Assembly (NCBI GenBank): GCA_038063535.1
Contig: JBBTUV010000003.1
Location: 416 to 64,415, forward strand
DNA: 64,000 bases
Reading direction: 5' to 3'
From: Patescibacteria group bacterium
GTDB lineage: Bacteria > Patescibacteriota > Minisyncoccia > Phycocordibacterales > UBA9973
Every line of letters begins with the position of its first letter. Position 1 is the first letter of the stretch. This document shows, one piece after another, positions 37,182-46,891 of the stretch. The notes under the pieces are model-generated. The model was not told where the DNA came from and did not search any database. It saw only the letters and a list, made by a program, of their open reading frames with translations. The position numbers and the translations under genes are program-made.

Positions 37182-39554
37182 ATGAAAACCAAAGAGAAGC
37201 CCAAACTGCTGGTGCTGCTCGACGCGCATGCCATCATCCACCGCGCTTATCACGCCCTGCCCGAATTCCTCTCTTCGGCTGGGATGCCGACCGGCGCGCT
37301 CTACGGGCTTTCCACCATGCTCATGAAGATAGTCACTGAGCTCAAGCCAGACTATATGGTCGCTTGCTATGATCTCCCTGGAAAAACATTTCGCCACGAG
37401 GCTTATGAGGCATACAAAGCGAAGCGAGTGAAAGCGGACGATGCCTTAATCGCTCAACTTCAAAGCTCCCGGGAGATTTTCGAAGCATTCAATATTCCGA
37501 CCTATGACTCTCCCGGATTTGAGGCTGACGACGTAATTGGCACGATCGTCGATAAATTAAAAAAACAAAATAATCTCAAGGTCATTATCGCTTCGGGTGA
37601 CATGGATACGATGCAGCTCGTCCGGGACAAGAGGGTCTTGGTCTACACGCTCCGCAAGGGCATCGCCGATACCATCCTCTACGATGAAGAGAAAGTAAAA
37701 GAGCGCTTCGGCCTGCCGCCGGCGCTTCTCCCCGACTTCAAAGGGCTTCGCGGCGACCCGTCGGACAACATTGTAGGCATTAAAGGCATCGGGGAAAAAA
37801 CCGCGACCAAGCTCATTCAGAAATTCGGAACCGTCGAGGAGATTTACAAGAAAGGAGAAAAAGCGCTCATCAAAGCGGGGATCAGACCCCGCATCGTTGT
37901 GCTGATAAAAGAGAACAAAGAAGAAGCGCTTTTTTCCAAAACTCTCGCCAAGATCCGCAGTGATGCGCCGGTCAACTTCGCAATACCCGTGAAAACTTTC
38001 TGGGAGAATATGGATGAGAAAAAGATCGAGCAGGTTTTTCGAAAATTCGAATTCAAAAGCCTGCTCGAGCGAGTGTGGAAATTCTTCGGAACGAACGGGA
38101 AAGACATCCCGGCGCAAGCCGAACTTGCGATCCCGGAGGTAGGGGAGGTGAACCTGGCGCTTCTCAAAGAAACCTCTATTGCCCTCTGGCTCCTTGACTC
38201 CGATACACCGAACCCGGATCTTCCTGCGATGCTTTCCTATTCGGGGAAAAACACCCTTCGAGAGGCGCACGAGTATATATTCCGGGAACTCGAGCAGAAA
38301 AAACTCGATAAGGTTTTTGGCGAAATAGAAAGGCCGATCATTTCGGTTGTAGAAAGGATGGAGAGGACGGGTGTCCTTCTCGACAAGGAATATTTCGAAG
38401 AACTTTCACGCGAGTACCACAAAAAACTCGATAAACTTGTAGCAAAAATATACGTACTTTCCGGAGGAGAGTTCAATATTAATTCCCCAAAACAGCTTGG
38501 GGAGGTTTTGTTTGGGAAACTCGGCCTTAAGAGCAGCAAGCGCGGCGCGAGCGGCGCGCTTTCTACGAAGATCGAGGTGCTCGAAGAGCTTGCAGAGGAG
38601 AGTGAGATCGTCCGGAAGATCATAAACTACCGCGAGCTCGCCAAGCTTCTCTCCACGTACGTGGACGTGCTTCCGAAGATGGCGGGAGAGGACGGGCGCC
38701 TGCATGCCCGATTCATTCAAAACGGCGCGACTACCGGCCGGTTTTCTTCACAGGAGCCGAACTTGCAGAACCTGCCGATAAAATCCGAGCTCGGACGGCG
38801 GATTCGAACGGGATTCATCGCCCCACCGGCGGCGGTGCTCGCAGCCTTTGATTACTCGCAGATAGAACTGCGCGTTGCGGCGATCCTCTCCAAAGACGAA
38901 AAGATGACACAGATCTTCCGCGAGGGCAAAGATATCCATGCGGGTGTTGCGTCATATGTGTTCGGCGTGCCGATAGAGAAAGTTGACCCGGAGATGCGCC
39001 GGCGGGCAAAGGTGATAAACTTCGGCATCATCTACGGCATGGGTGTAACGGCGCTTCGCAAGAATTTGGGCGGGACGCGCGAAGAAGCGCAGAAATTTTA
39101 CGACAATTATTTCCGACAATTCTCCGGCATAAAAAGGTATCTTGAAGAAACCAAAATTTTTGCGCGGAAGCACGGCTACACCGAGACACTTTTTGGCCGG
39201 AGACGGTATTTCCCGAACATCAATTCGAAAATTCCGTACCTTGCGAGTATGGCTGAACGCACCGCAACCAATGCGCCAATCCAAGGCACCGCCACGGCGG
39301 ACATCATAAAGCTCGCAGTACGCTTTGCAGACGAAGACCTGAAAGAAGCAAAGCTTGAGAATGCGGCAAAACTAGTCCTTACCATCCATGACGAGCTGGT
39401 CTATGAAATAGACCAGAGCGTCCTTCCCCGGGCCGTGGAGATCATAAAAATGGCAATGGAGGGTGTACTCGAACGTTCTTTCATACGTCTCAAGAGCCCT
39501 GTTCCCATACTCGTTCATGCAGGCTCCGGCGCAAACCTCGGTGAAGTGAAATAA
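37182..39554 (+). CDS. polA: DNA polymerase I
   Basis: 5'-3' exonuclease domain (LLVLLDAHAIIHRAYHAL), polymerase motifs A/B/C (DYSQIELR, RRRAKVINFGIIYG, HDEL). ATG at 37182; the track ORF begins earlier in frame and overlaps pilB. Confidence 0.9.
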   Translation: MKTKEKPKLLVLLDAHAIIHRAYHALPEFLSSAGMPTGALYGLSTMLMKIVTELKPDYMVACYDLPGKTFRHEAYEAYKAKRVKADDALIAQLQSSREIFEAFNIPTYDSPGFEADDVIGTIVDKLKKQNNLKVIIASGDMDTMQLVRDKRVLVYTLRKGIADTILYDEEKVKERFGLPPALLPDFKGLRGDPSDNIVGIKGIGEKTATKLIQKFGTVEEIYKKGEKALIKAGIRPRIVVLIKENKEEALFSKTLAKIRSDAPVNFAIPVKTFWENMDEKKIEQVFRKFEFKSLLERVWKFFGTNGKDIPAQAELAIPEVGEVNLALLKETSIALWLLDSDTPNPDLPAMLSYSGKNTLREAHEYIFRELEQKKLDKVFGEIERPIISVVERMERTGVLLDKEYFEELSREYHKKLDKLVAKIYVLSGGEFNINSPKQLGEVLFGKLGLKSSKRGASGALSTKIEVLEELAEESEIVRKIINYRELAKLLSTYVDVLPKMAGEDGRLHARFIQNGATTGRFSSQEPNLQNLPIKSELGRRIRTGFIAPPAAVLAAFDYSQIELRVAAILSKDEKMTQIFREGKDIHAGVASYVFGVPIEKVDPEMRRRAKVINFGIIYGMGVTALRKNLGGTREEAQKFYDNYFRQFSGIKRYLEETKIFARKHGYTETLFGRRRYFPNINSKIPYLASMAERTATNAPIQGTATADIIKLAVRFADEDLKEAKLENAAKLVLTIHDELVYEIDQSVLPRAVEIIKMAMEGVLERSFIRLKSPVPILVHAGSGANLGEVK

Positions 39555-39581
39555 GAAGATTTCATGCTAGAATAAAGGAAT

Positions 39582-40052
39582 ATGGAAACAAGCGGCGTGG
39601 ACAATCTAACCAATAAAATCCACCATACCCTCGCGCATTCCTATTTCATTTACCTCTTTTTTTTGGTGCTAGGGATTGCGCTCGATCTACTTTTCCCGAT
39701 GCGAATCATCAAAAATCCTCTTTCCGTCGGCCTCGGGATTTTTCTTCTGGTTATCGCGACCATTATTATTTTCTGGGCACAGCGGACGACCCGAAATTTG
39801 CACTCGGGGGATACGCTTACGAAGGAGGCATTTCTCTGCGGACCTTATTGCTACACGAGGACACCCACCCACTGGGGACTCTTTATTCTCACTCTTGGTT
39901 TTGGCTTTATTGCCAATGCCTTCTTCGTCGTTCTCTCTACATTAATTTCATTTTTTGTCACCAAGTTCGTATTTCTGCGGAAGTACGAAGAGATCCTGGA
40001 AGAAAAATATGGAGACGCTTACCGGGATTATGAGAAGGCGGTGAAGTTATGA
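39582..40052 (+). CDS. isoprenylcysteine carboxyl methyltransferase (ICMT)/phospholipid methyltransferase family membrane protein
   Basis: GPYCYTRTPTHWG motif (ICMT/PEMT signature GPY.Y.RHP.Y). About 4 TM helices. Confidence 0.65.
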   Translation: METSGVDNLTNKIHHTLAHSYFIYLFFLVLGIALDLLFPMRIIKNPLSVGLGIFLLVIATIIIFWAQRTTRNLHSGDTLTKEAFLCGPYCYTRTPTHWGLFILTLGFGFIANAFFVVLSTLISFFVTKFVFLRKYEEILEEKYGDAYRDYEKAVKL

Positions 40053-40693
40053 TATATCTTTTCGCCGGGTCTGATGCGGGAAAGAGGCATCTTGCACATG
40101 AAAGGTTCTTGAAGACCCTCCCCGTGGGTACAGAGATTTTCCGGGTGGGGAAGGGGGACTTCAATCCGCTCGAGGCGGAGAGATTTTACTCAAGTTCAGG
40201 GCTTTTTTTTGATAAAATAGCGGTGATATTTTCTGAAGTTCTCGAGAATGCGGAGGCACGCGATTTTATCTTCTCGAAACTCGCGGAGATGGAAAAATCA
40301 GAGAACTATTTCATTTTCCTCGAAGGAAAACTACAGAAGACGACCCTCGATGCCTTCAAGAAGGCGAGAACCGAAATCGAAGTTTTTGAAAAAGAGGAGG
40401 TGGGAGAGAAGTTCAACAATTTTCTTCTCGCGAACGCGCTCGGGAAAAAGGACAAGCTCGGGATTTGGATATCATACCGCCAAGCCATAGAGAAAGGGGT
40501 GTCGCTCGAAGAGCTTGCCGGGGTTCTTTTTTGGAAAGCGAAAGATATGATACTGAAAAAAGATTTCCGCACTTGGAGCGAAAACGAATTGCAGGGGTTT
40601 GCCAGTAAATTCTCCTATCTTCTCCCGGAAGCCCGCCGCGCCGGCCGCGACGCCGAAGCAGCATTCGAGGAATATCTCCTTGAAGCGGTCTAG
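40049..40693 (+). CDS. hypothetical protein, possibly short DNA polymerase III delta-subunit (HolA)-like
   Basis: N-terminus IYLFAGSDAGKRHL resembles the HolA start. Only 214 aa. Weak. Confidence 0.3.
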   Translation: MIYLFAGSDAGKRHLAHERFLKTLPVGTEIFRVGKGDFNPLEAERFYSSSGLFFDKIAVIFSEVLENAEARDFIFSKLAEMEKSENYFIFLEGKLQKTTLDAFKKARTEIEVFEKEEVGEKFNNFLLANALGKKDKLGIWISYRQAIEKGVSLEELAGVLFWKAKDMILKKDFRTWSENELQGFASKFSYLLPEARRAGRDAEAAFEEYLLEAV

Positions 40694-40717
40694 AAAAACT
40701 GATATTATCGCTCTATT

Positions 40718-40791
40718 CCGCCCTTAGCTCAGCCTGGTAGAGCTGCTCCCTTTTAAGGAGAAGGTCGTAGGTTCGAATCCTACAGGGCGGA
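40718..40791 (+). tRNA. tRNA-Lys (anticodon TTT)
   Basis: Acceptor CCGCCCU/AGGGCGG (C1-G72). D-arm GCUCAGCCUGGUAGAGC, anticodon loop CUUUUAA, T-loop UUCGAAU. The stop codon of the convergent gene begins at 40792. Confidence 0.75.
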
Positions 40792-41313
40792 CTACGAATT
40801 TTTCTTGAGCCAGTCGATCATTTTCTCGTAGGTTGCGGGGCCAGTTTCGCCGTCGGCAGTAAGGCCCACCGCTTTTTGGAAATTCGCTACGTCGGTTTTC
40901 ATGCCCTTGCCGTAATCATTGTCTATCTTTTTCGAGGTCTTAAAATATATATTGAGAAAATTCTGCACTGTGCCAACCCGCGTACCTTTCGAGCCGACTT
41001 TCATGTAAACTTTATCATCAGTCAGTTTCTGCAAGTCGCCTATCAGACTCTGGTATTTTGAAGATACGGGCGCTGGTTCGGGTGCGGGCGGCGGCGACTC
41101 CTGTGCCGGCTCGGGCGGGGCAAGCCGCGCGAGTTCGTTCTCAAGATTCTTCACCTTTTCTCGAAGTTCTTCACTTTCATTCTCAAGCGTCTTAATCCTC
41201 TCCCGTTCGGCGTGCACGTCACCTGGCTCGAGCGTCTGAAAGGCCCACCAGCCCAGAACCCCGATCGCGATTATTACCCCTACTACCAAAAGCGCCGCCT
41301 TTAAATTCTGCAT
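40792..41313 (-). CDS. membrane-anchored coiled-coil protein with C-terminal peptidoglycan-binding (PG_binding_1-like) domain
   Basis: N-terminal TM, coiled coil (ENESEELREKVKNLENELARL), Pro-rich linker. C-terminal YGKGMKTDVANFQKAVGLTADGETGPATYEKM resembles the PG-binding domain. Confidence 0.6.
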   Translation of the reverse strand: MQNLKAALLVVGVIIAIGVLGWWAFQTLEPGDVHAERERIKTLENESEELREKVKNLENELARLAPPEPAQESPPPAPEPAPVSSKYQSLIGDLQKLTDDKVYMKVGSKGTRVGTVQNFLNIYFKTSKKIDNDYGKGMKTDVANFQKAVGLTADGETGPATYEKMIDWLKKNS

Positions 41314-41533
41314 TTTCTAATTATAGCAAATATGACCCGTCCAACAAATTCAAGGTCATGGTGAGTAAAGTCGAACCATGATAAAATGTAGAAATGGTGC
41401 TCTCCTTAAAACTAAACCAGTCGCTTTTCTTTATCTTCTTGTTTGTAATAGTTAGCTCGTTTCTGGCCTATAAAATAATTGTAAAAGCCTACAGCGGCGT
41501 TTACGATTTCGAAAATTCTGCTACTCTGTATTA

Positions 41534-43540
41534 GTGGCAGATAAGCTTTTCAAACTAAGGAGCGAGTTCCGGCCCGCCGGCGATCAGCCGCAGGCGATTT
41601 CGAAGCTCCTCTCCGGGCTTCGGAGCAGAATGCGGAAGCAGACTCTTCTCGGGGCCACCGGTACGGGTAAAACTTTCACTATGGCGAACGTTATCGAAGA
41701 GATAGGGGTGCCTACGCTTGTCATCGCCCACAACAAGACGCTCGCGGCCCAGCTTGCGCAAGAATTTCGGGGGTTCTTCCCAGACGCGGCGGTTCACTAC
41801 TTCGTCTCCTATTACGATTACTACCAGCCAGAAGCGTATCTACCAGTTACCGATACTTATATCGAGAAGGATGCGGATATCAATAAAGAGATAGATCGCC
41901 TCCGGCACGCCAGTACCCAAGCACTCCTTACCCGACGCGATGTGATCGTGGTGGCTTCTGTCTCATGTATTTATGGGCTCGGAAGCCCGGAAGAATACGA
42001 GAGGGTCAATCTTCATCTTCTGCTTGGGGGAAAGATAGACCGGCTCGCGCTCATGCGCCGGCTCATAGAAATACATTTCTCGAGGACCAATTCCGATCTT
42101 CTGCCCGGGACCTTCCGTTCGAGCGGCACGAGAGTTGAAGTCATGCCGGTGTCTGAAACTTTCGTTTACCAAATTGAATTTTTGAAAGGTACTATCTCAA
42201 AGATCTTGAAAATCGACCCGGTTTCTTCCGCTCTCCTGGCCGAGGAGAAGCAAATTTTCATTTTTCCCGCTAAGCATTTCATCACCGAGGACGAGAAACT
42301 GAAAATCGCACTCAAGGGCATTAAAGAGGAATTGAACGCGCAGCTCAAGAAATTCGAAAAAGAGGGGAAACTTCTCGAAGCTGAGCGGCTGCGCCGTCGA
42401 ACCAATTATGACCTTGCGATGATTCGGGAGGTCGGCTACACGAGCGGTATAGAAAATTATTCCAGGCATCTTTCTGGGAAGCGCGAAGGCGAGCCGCCGG
42501 AGACACTGCTCTCGTATTTCCCAAAATCGGGGTTTCTCACCATTATCGATGAGTCTCATGTAACATTACCGCAACTTTCAGGCATGTATGCGGGCGATGC
42601 TTCGCGGAAGAACACTCTCGTCGAATACGGCTTTCGTCTCCCCTCCGCCCGCGACAACCGACCACTTAAGTACAGAGAATTCGAAGAGCGCATCGGCCCG
42701 GTTATTTACACTAGCGCGACTCCCGGGGGAGAAGAGCGCAAGGAGAGCGAGCAAATCGTAGAGCAGATTATACGGCCGACGGGGCTCCCAGACCCCGAGA
42801 CGACAGTAAAACCGATAACGCCGAAGAGCGACTATACGGGCCAGGTCCAAGATTTCATTGAAGAAGCAAAAAAAACAGTCGGAGCAGGATTTCGCGTACT
42901 TGCCACAACCCTTACAAAAAAGATGGCGGAGGATCTGGCCGCATATCTTAAAGAAAGAAGGATAAAAGCTGAATATCTCCACAGCGAGATAAAAACCATT
43001 GAGCGGATAAAAATACTGACCCAGTTCCGAAAAGGTGGTTTCGATGTCTTAGTGGGCGTGAATCTCTTGCGCGAGGGGCTCGATCTACCGGAGGTGGCGC
43101 TCATCGGTATACTTGATGCTGACAAAGAAGGATTTCTGCGTTCCGAGACCTCACTTATCCAGACTATTGGCCGAGCGGCACGGAACGCTGCCGGGCGGGT
43201 AATTCTCTATGCCGATAATCTGACCGGCTCGATGGAGCGAGCGCTTACCGAGACCGAGAGAAGGCGCAACCTCCAGCTTGCCTACAACAAAAAGCACGGC
43301 ATCACCCCTAAGACCATTATAAAGAACATCAGAGATATAACGGAGGAGCTCGAGAGCGAGCACGAGAAAGCACTTGCGAGCGAACTTCTTATCGACCTCG
43401 AGGTGTTCGGCGGAAGGCTCGAGGAACTAGTCAAGATAAAAGAACGCAAGATGCGCATAGCGGTGAAGACGCTTGATTTTGAATCGGCCGCGCTCCTCCG
43501 AGACGAGATAAAGATCATCCGTGATAAGATAAAGGGATGA
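41534..43540 (+). CDS. uvrB: excinuclease ABC subunit B
   Basis: GTG start. Helicase motifs GATGTGKTFTMA and DESH. UvrB beta-hairpin region. C-terminal UVR domain (DFESAALLRDEIKII). Confidence 0.95.
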   Translation: MADKLFKLRSEFRPAGDQPQAISKLLSGLRSRMRKQTLLGATGTGKTFTMANVIEEIGVPTLVIAHNKTLAAQLAQEFRGFFPDAAVHYFVSYYDYYQPEAYLPVTDTYIEKDADINKEIDRLRHASTQALLTRRDVIVVASVSCIYGLGSPEEYERVNLHLLLGGKIDRLALMRRLIEIHFSRTNSDLLPGTFRSSGTRVEVMPVSETFVYQIEFLKGTISKILKIDPVSSALLAEEKQIFIFPAKHFITEDEKLKIALKGIKEELNAQLKKFEKEGKLLEAERLRRRTNYDLAMIREVGYTSGIENYSRHLSGKREGEPPETLLSYFPKSGFLTIIDESHVTLPQLSGMYAGDASRKNTLVEYGFRLPSARDNRPLKYREFEERIGPVIYTSATPGGEERKESEQIVEQIIRPTGLPDPETTVKPITPKSDYTGQVQDFIEEAKKTVGAGFRVLATTLTKKMAEDLAAYLKERRIKAEYLHSEIKTIERIKILTQFRKGGFDVLVGVNLLREGLDLPEVALIGILDADKEGFLRSETSLIQTIGRAARNAAGRVILYADNLTGSMERALTETERRRNLQLAYNKKHGITPKTIIKNIRDITEELESEHEKALASELLIDLEVFGGRLEELVKIKERKMRIAVKTLDFESAALLRDEIKIIRDKIKG

Positions 43541-44280
43541 AAACGCTTCTGATCGCTATCGTAATAATTCTGCTTGCCTTTGCGGGCTTTCAGTTCATCA
43601 TTAAAAATCGCGCGAGCTACGAAGCCGAAATTCCAGAGCTTAAGAAACAAGCGCCCGTAGAAGGGGAGGTGCTTGTTGACACCACTCTTTCTGAAACTAA
43701 GACCTTCAATGCGCCCACAGCCTTTGCAACCTTCGATGTAGCATATCCGACGTTCAAAAATGCAAGCGTGGAATTCAATCAAAAGATCGAGGACCTTGTA
43801 ATGAGCGCGGTTGCTGAACATAAGAAAATTGCGGAAGACACTTGGAGGGCGCAGGCAGAGACCGGCGGAACGCCGGAGGAGAAATTCCAATTTTATGCTT
43901 CCTGGACTCCGGTGCAGGTGAATGACAATTACATAAGCGTGCTTCTGCGTGAGGGTGGGTATACCGGCGGGGCGCATGGGTATGAAATGCTGACCTCGTT
44001 TAATTTTGACGTAATGGGAGAAAAAGAAATTGTGCTTTCTGATCTTTTTCCCGGTGATCCTAATTATTTGAAAGCTATTTCCGAGTTTGCGCGCAAAGAA
44101 TTGAGGAGACAATTGAAGGAAAACTTGAACGAGGATATGCTGCTTCCCGGCACAGAGCCCAGAGATGAGAATTTCAGCGTGTTTTCTTTCACCCCTGGCT
44201 CTTTGACTTTCTATTTCCAGCAATATCAAGTTGCTCCGTATGCCGCGGGCCAGTCGAAAGTGACAATGCCTCGGGATTAG
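43537..44280 (+). CDS. DUF3298/DUF4163 (RsiV-like) domain membrane-anchored protein
   Basis: N-terminal TM. Motif GGYTGGAHGYEM is typical of DUF3298. Confidence 0.6.
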   Translation: MKTLLIAIVIILLAFAGFQFIIKNRASYEAEIPELKKQAPVEGEVLVDTTLSETKTFNAPTAFATFDVAYPTFKNASVEFNQKIEDLVMSAVAEHKKIAEDTWRAQAETGGTPEEKFQFYASWTPVQVNDNYISVLLREGGYTGGAHGYEMLTSFNFDVMGEKEIVLSDLFPGDPNYLKAISEFARKELRRQLKENLNEDMLLPGTEPRDENFSVFSFTPGSLTFYFQQYQVAPYAAGQSKVTMPRD

Positions 44281-44349
44281 GCTATACTCTGGACAATCGA
44301 ATATCGATATGCACCCCCAAGCGCAAGCCGAGGGTGTGTTTAAGGTTGT

Positions 44350-46890
44350 ATGAAGGAAGAAAAGGAAGAAATAATCAAGGTTCGGGGGGCCCGAACCCAC
44401 AATTTGAAAAATATCAATGTGGAAATGCCGCGCAATAAGATGGTGGTGATTACTGGTGTCTCTGGGAGCGGCAAATCCTCACTTGCCTTCGACACCATTT
44501 TTGCCGAAGGGCAGCGGCGATACGTGGAGTCGCTCTCTTCCTACGCCCGGCAGTTCTTGAATCAGATGCCCAAACCAGACGTAGACGAGATCACCGGCCT
44601 TTCGCCAGCGATCTCGATCGATCAAAAGTCCCGTTCGAACAATCCTCGCTCGACGGTCGCAACGATCACCGAGATTTACGATTACATGCGGGTGATGTAT
44701 GCACGAATCGGCCGGCCCTATTGCCCGGTTTGTGGAGAAGAGATCCGGAAACTCTCCAGCGAAGAGATCCTGAACTTCGTGCTTGAAAAAATAAAGAACA
44801 AAAAAAACGAGGTCTCTATTTTCTCGCCGGTAGTCCGGGGCAGAAAGGGCGAGTACTATCAGCTTCTTTATGACCTCCTCGGCAAAGGCTTTTATGAAGT
44901 GCGCCTTGATGGGGTGATGAAAAAACTCCGGGAGCAGATCATCCTCTCCAAGCACAAAGCGCACACGATAGAAGTTCTTGTGGATCGTTTTTCGCCCGCA
45001 GAATTTGGTAAAGATACAGCGGGGTTTCGGATGCGCCTCGCCGAGGGGGTCGAACGCGCGCTGATCGAATCGGACGGCCTGGTGCAAGCAAAAATAGACA
45101 AGGAGGAGTTCTTAATTTCGGCGAAGTTTGCCTGCAAGAACGACGGGTTTTCCTTTCCAGAGATCGAACCGCGACTTTTTTCTTTTAATTCCCCATACGG
45201 AGCTTGCCCTACTTGCCATGGCCTGGGGACCAAGTATTTCGGGAGCGGTGAGCCTTGCCCGGACTGCAAGGGTGCACGCCTGCGGACCGAGGCCTTGAAT
45301 GTTTTCATCATGGCAGGGAAAGAGAGAAAAAATATACTAGACCTCTCTTCGCTCTCGATCGCTAGAGCTCATGAGTACTTCAAAAATTTGAAGCTGACGG
45401 AGAAAGAAAAGGAAATTTCCTTCGCCGTCGTCCGGGAAATAGTTTCGCGCCTCTCTTTCATGCTCGATGTCGGCCTCGATTATCTTGAACTTTCACGGAA
45501 AGCCAATACGCTCTCCGGCGGGGAAGCGCAGCGGATTCGTCTGGCATCTCAACTCGGCTCACGACTAGTAGGAGCTTTGTATGTACTGGACGAGCCTACC
45601 ATCGGGCTCCATCAGCGGGACAATGATCGCCTGATCAAGACGCTTGAAAATCTCCGCGACCTCGGCAATACCATCATAATAGTCGAGCACGATGAGGACA
45701 CGATCTACGCTTCAGACTACATCGTGGATATCGGACCGCGAGCCGGAGTACACGGCGGGGAGATCATTGTAAGTGGGTGGCTCGACGCGCTGCTTACCGC
45801 GCCCAAAGACAAAACCGGCTCGCGCACCCTTGCATACCTGCGCGATGAAGCGAAAATCCCCATGCCTCAAAAGCGGAGAGAGGGCAAGGGGGTTTTACGC
45901 GTTGCTGGAGGCAATGCTTTTAATATCAAAAACTTGAGTGTCGAGGTACCGCTCGGAGTGATGACAACGATCACTGGTGTTTCCGGGTCGGGAAAGAGCA
46001 CGTTTATGTATGAGATACTTTATAAAAATCTCCAAGCGAGGTTCGAGCGCAAATACCGGAGCGCGCAGGTTTTCAACTGTGCGTCCATGACCGGTACCGA
46101 ATACCTCGCACGAGCGATCCTCATTAATCAATCACCAATCGGCCGAACCCCAAGATCGAATGTTGCCACTTACACCGGCGCCTTCACTCATATTCGTGAC
46201 CTTTTTGCTGCGACCGAGGAAGCGCGGCTTCGCGGCTGGAAACCGAACCGCTTTTCTTTCAATGTGCCGGGCGGGCGCTGCGAGGCCTGTGAAGGAAACG
46301 GCGAGATCGCAGTCGAGATGCACTTTCTCCCGACCGTTTACGTCACTTGTGATATTTGCCAGGGTAAGCGCTTCGACAAGGAAACGCTGACCGTAAAATA
46401 TAATAAAAAAAACATCCACGAAGTGCTTCGGATGACAGTGGAAGAGGGATTACAATTTTTCAAGGACATTCCGGAAATAGCGGATAGACTAGGAACGCTC
46501 TTCGATGTGGGCTTGGGGTACCTTGAACTCGGTCAGCCAGCTACCACACTCTCGGGCGGCGAAGCCCAAAGAGTAAAAATATCAAGCGAGCTTTTCCGAC
46601 CACATCTTGAGAAAACCATCTATCTCCTTGATGAGCCGACCGTGGGTATGCATTATGATGATGTTGCAAAGCTCCTTGAGGTTCTCCGGAAACTTCTCGG
46701 GCGAGGCAACACTGTTGTTCTTATTGAGCATAATCTCGATGTCATAAAAAATGCCGATTACATACTCGATTTCGGCCCGGAAGGCGGAGAACGGGGAGGC
46801 GATCTCGTTGCCAAGGGGACCCCAGAGGCGGTCGCAAACAATTCGAAGAGCTACACAGGGAAATATCTTAAGAAAGTTTTGAAGAGATAG
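44350..46890 (+). CDS. uvrA: excinuclease ABC subunit A (compact 846-aa form)
   Basis: Two ABC ATPase modules (GVSGSGKSSLAF; GVSGSGKSTFMYE), signature LSGGEAQR twice, zinc-finger Cys pairs. Confidence 0.95.
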   Translation: MKEEKEEIIKVRGARTHNLKNINVEMPRNKMVVITGVSGSGKSSLAFDTIFAEGQRRYVESLSSYARQFLNQMPKPDVDEITGLSPAISIDQKSRSNNPRSTVATITEIYDYMRVMYARIGRPYCPVCGEEIRKLSSEEILNFVLEKIKNKKNEVSIFSPVVRGRKGEYYQLLYDLLGKGFYEVRLDGVMKKLREQIILSKHKAHTIEVLVDRFSPAEFGKDTAGFRMRLAEGVERALIESDGLVQAKIDKEEFLISAKFACKNDGFSFPEIEPRLFSFNSPYGACPTCHGLGTKYFGSGEPCPDCKGARLRTEALNVFIMAGKERKNILDLSSLSIARAHEYFKNLKLTEKEKEISFAVVREIVSRLSFMLDVGLDYLELSRKANTLSGGEAQRIRLASQLGSRLVGALYVLDEPTIGLHQRDNDRLIKTLENLRDLGNTIIIVEHDEDTIYASDYIVDIGPRAGVHGGEIIVSGWLDALLTAPKDKTGSRTLAYLRDEAKIPMPQKRREGKGVLRVAGGNAFNIKNLSVEVPLGVMTTITGVSGSGKSTFMYEILYKNLQARFERKYRSAQVFNCASMTGTEYLARAILINQSPIGRTPRSNVATYTGAFTHIRDLFAATEEARLRGWKPNRFSFNVPGGRCEACEGNGEIAVEMHFLPTVYVTCDICQGKRFDKETLTVKYNKKNIHEVLRMTVEEGLQFFKDIPEIADRLGTLFDVGLGYLELGQPATTLSGGEAQRVKISSELFRPHLEKTIYLLDEPTVGMHYDDVAKLLEVLRKLLGRGNTVVLIEHNLDVIKNADYILDFGPEGGERGGDLVAKGTPEAVANNSKSYTGKYLKKVLKR

Positions 46891-46891
46891 C

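Noticed and set aside
41314-41533. LexA/Cheo-box-type SOS operator upstream of uvrB
   Set aside because: No CGAAC-N4-GTTCG or CTGT-N8-ACAG palindrome is present. There is only a weak TCATGGT/ACCATGA inverted repeat.
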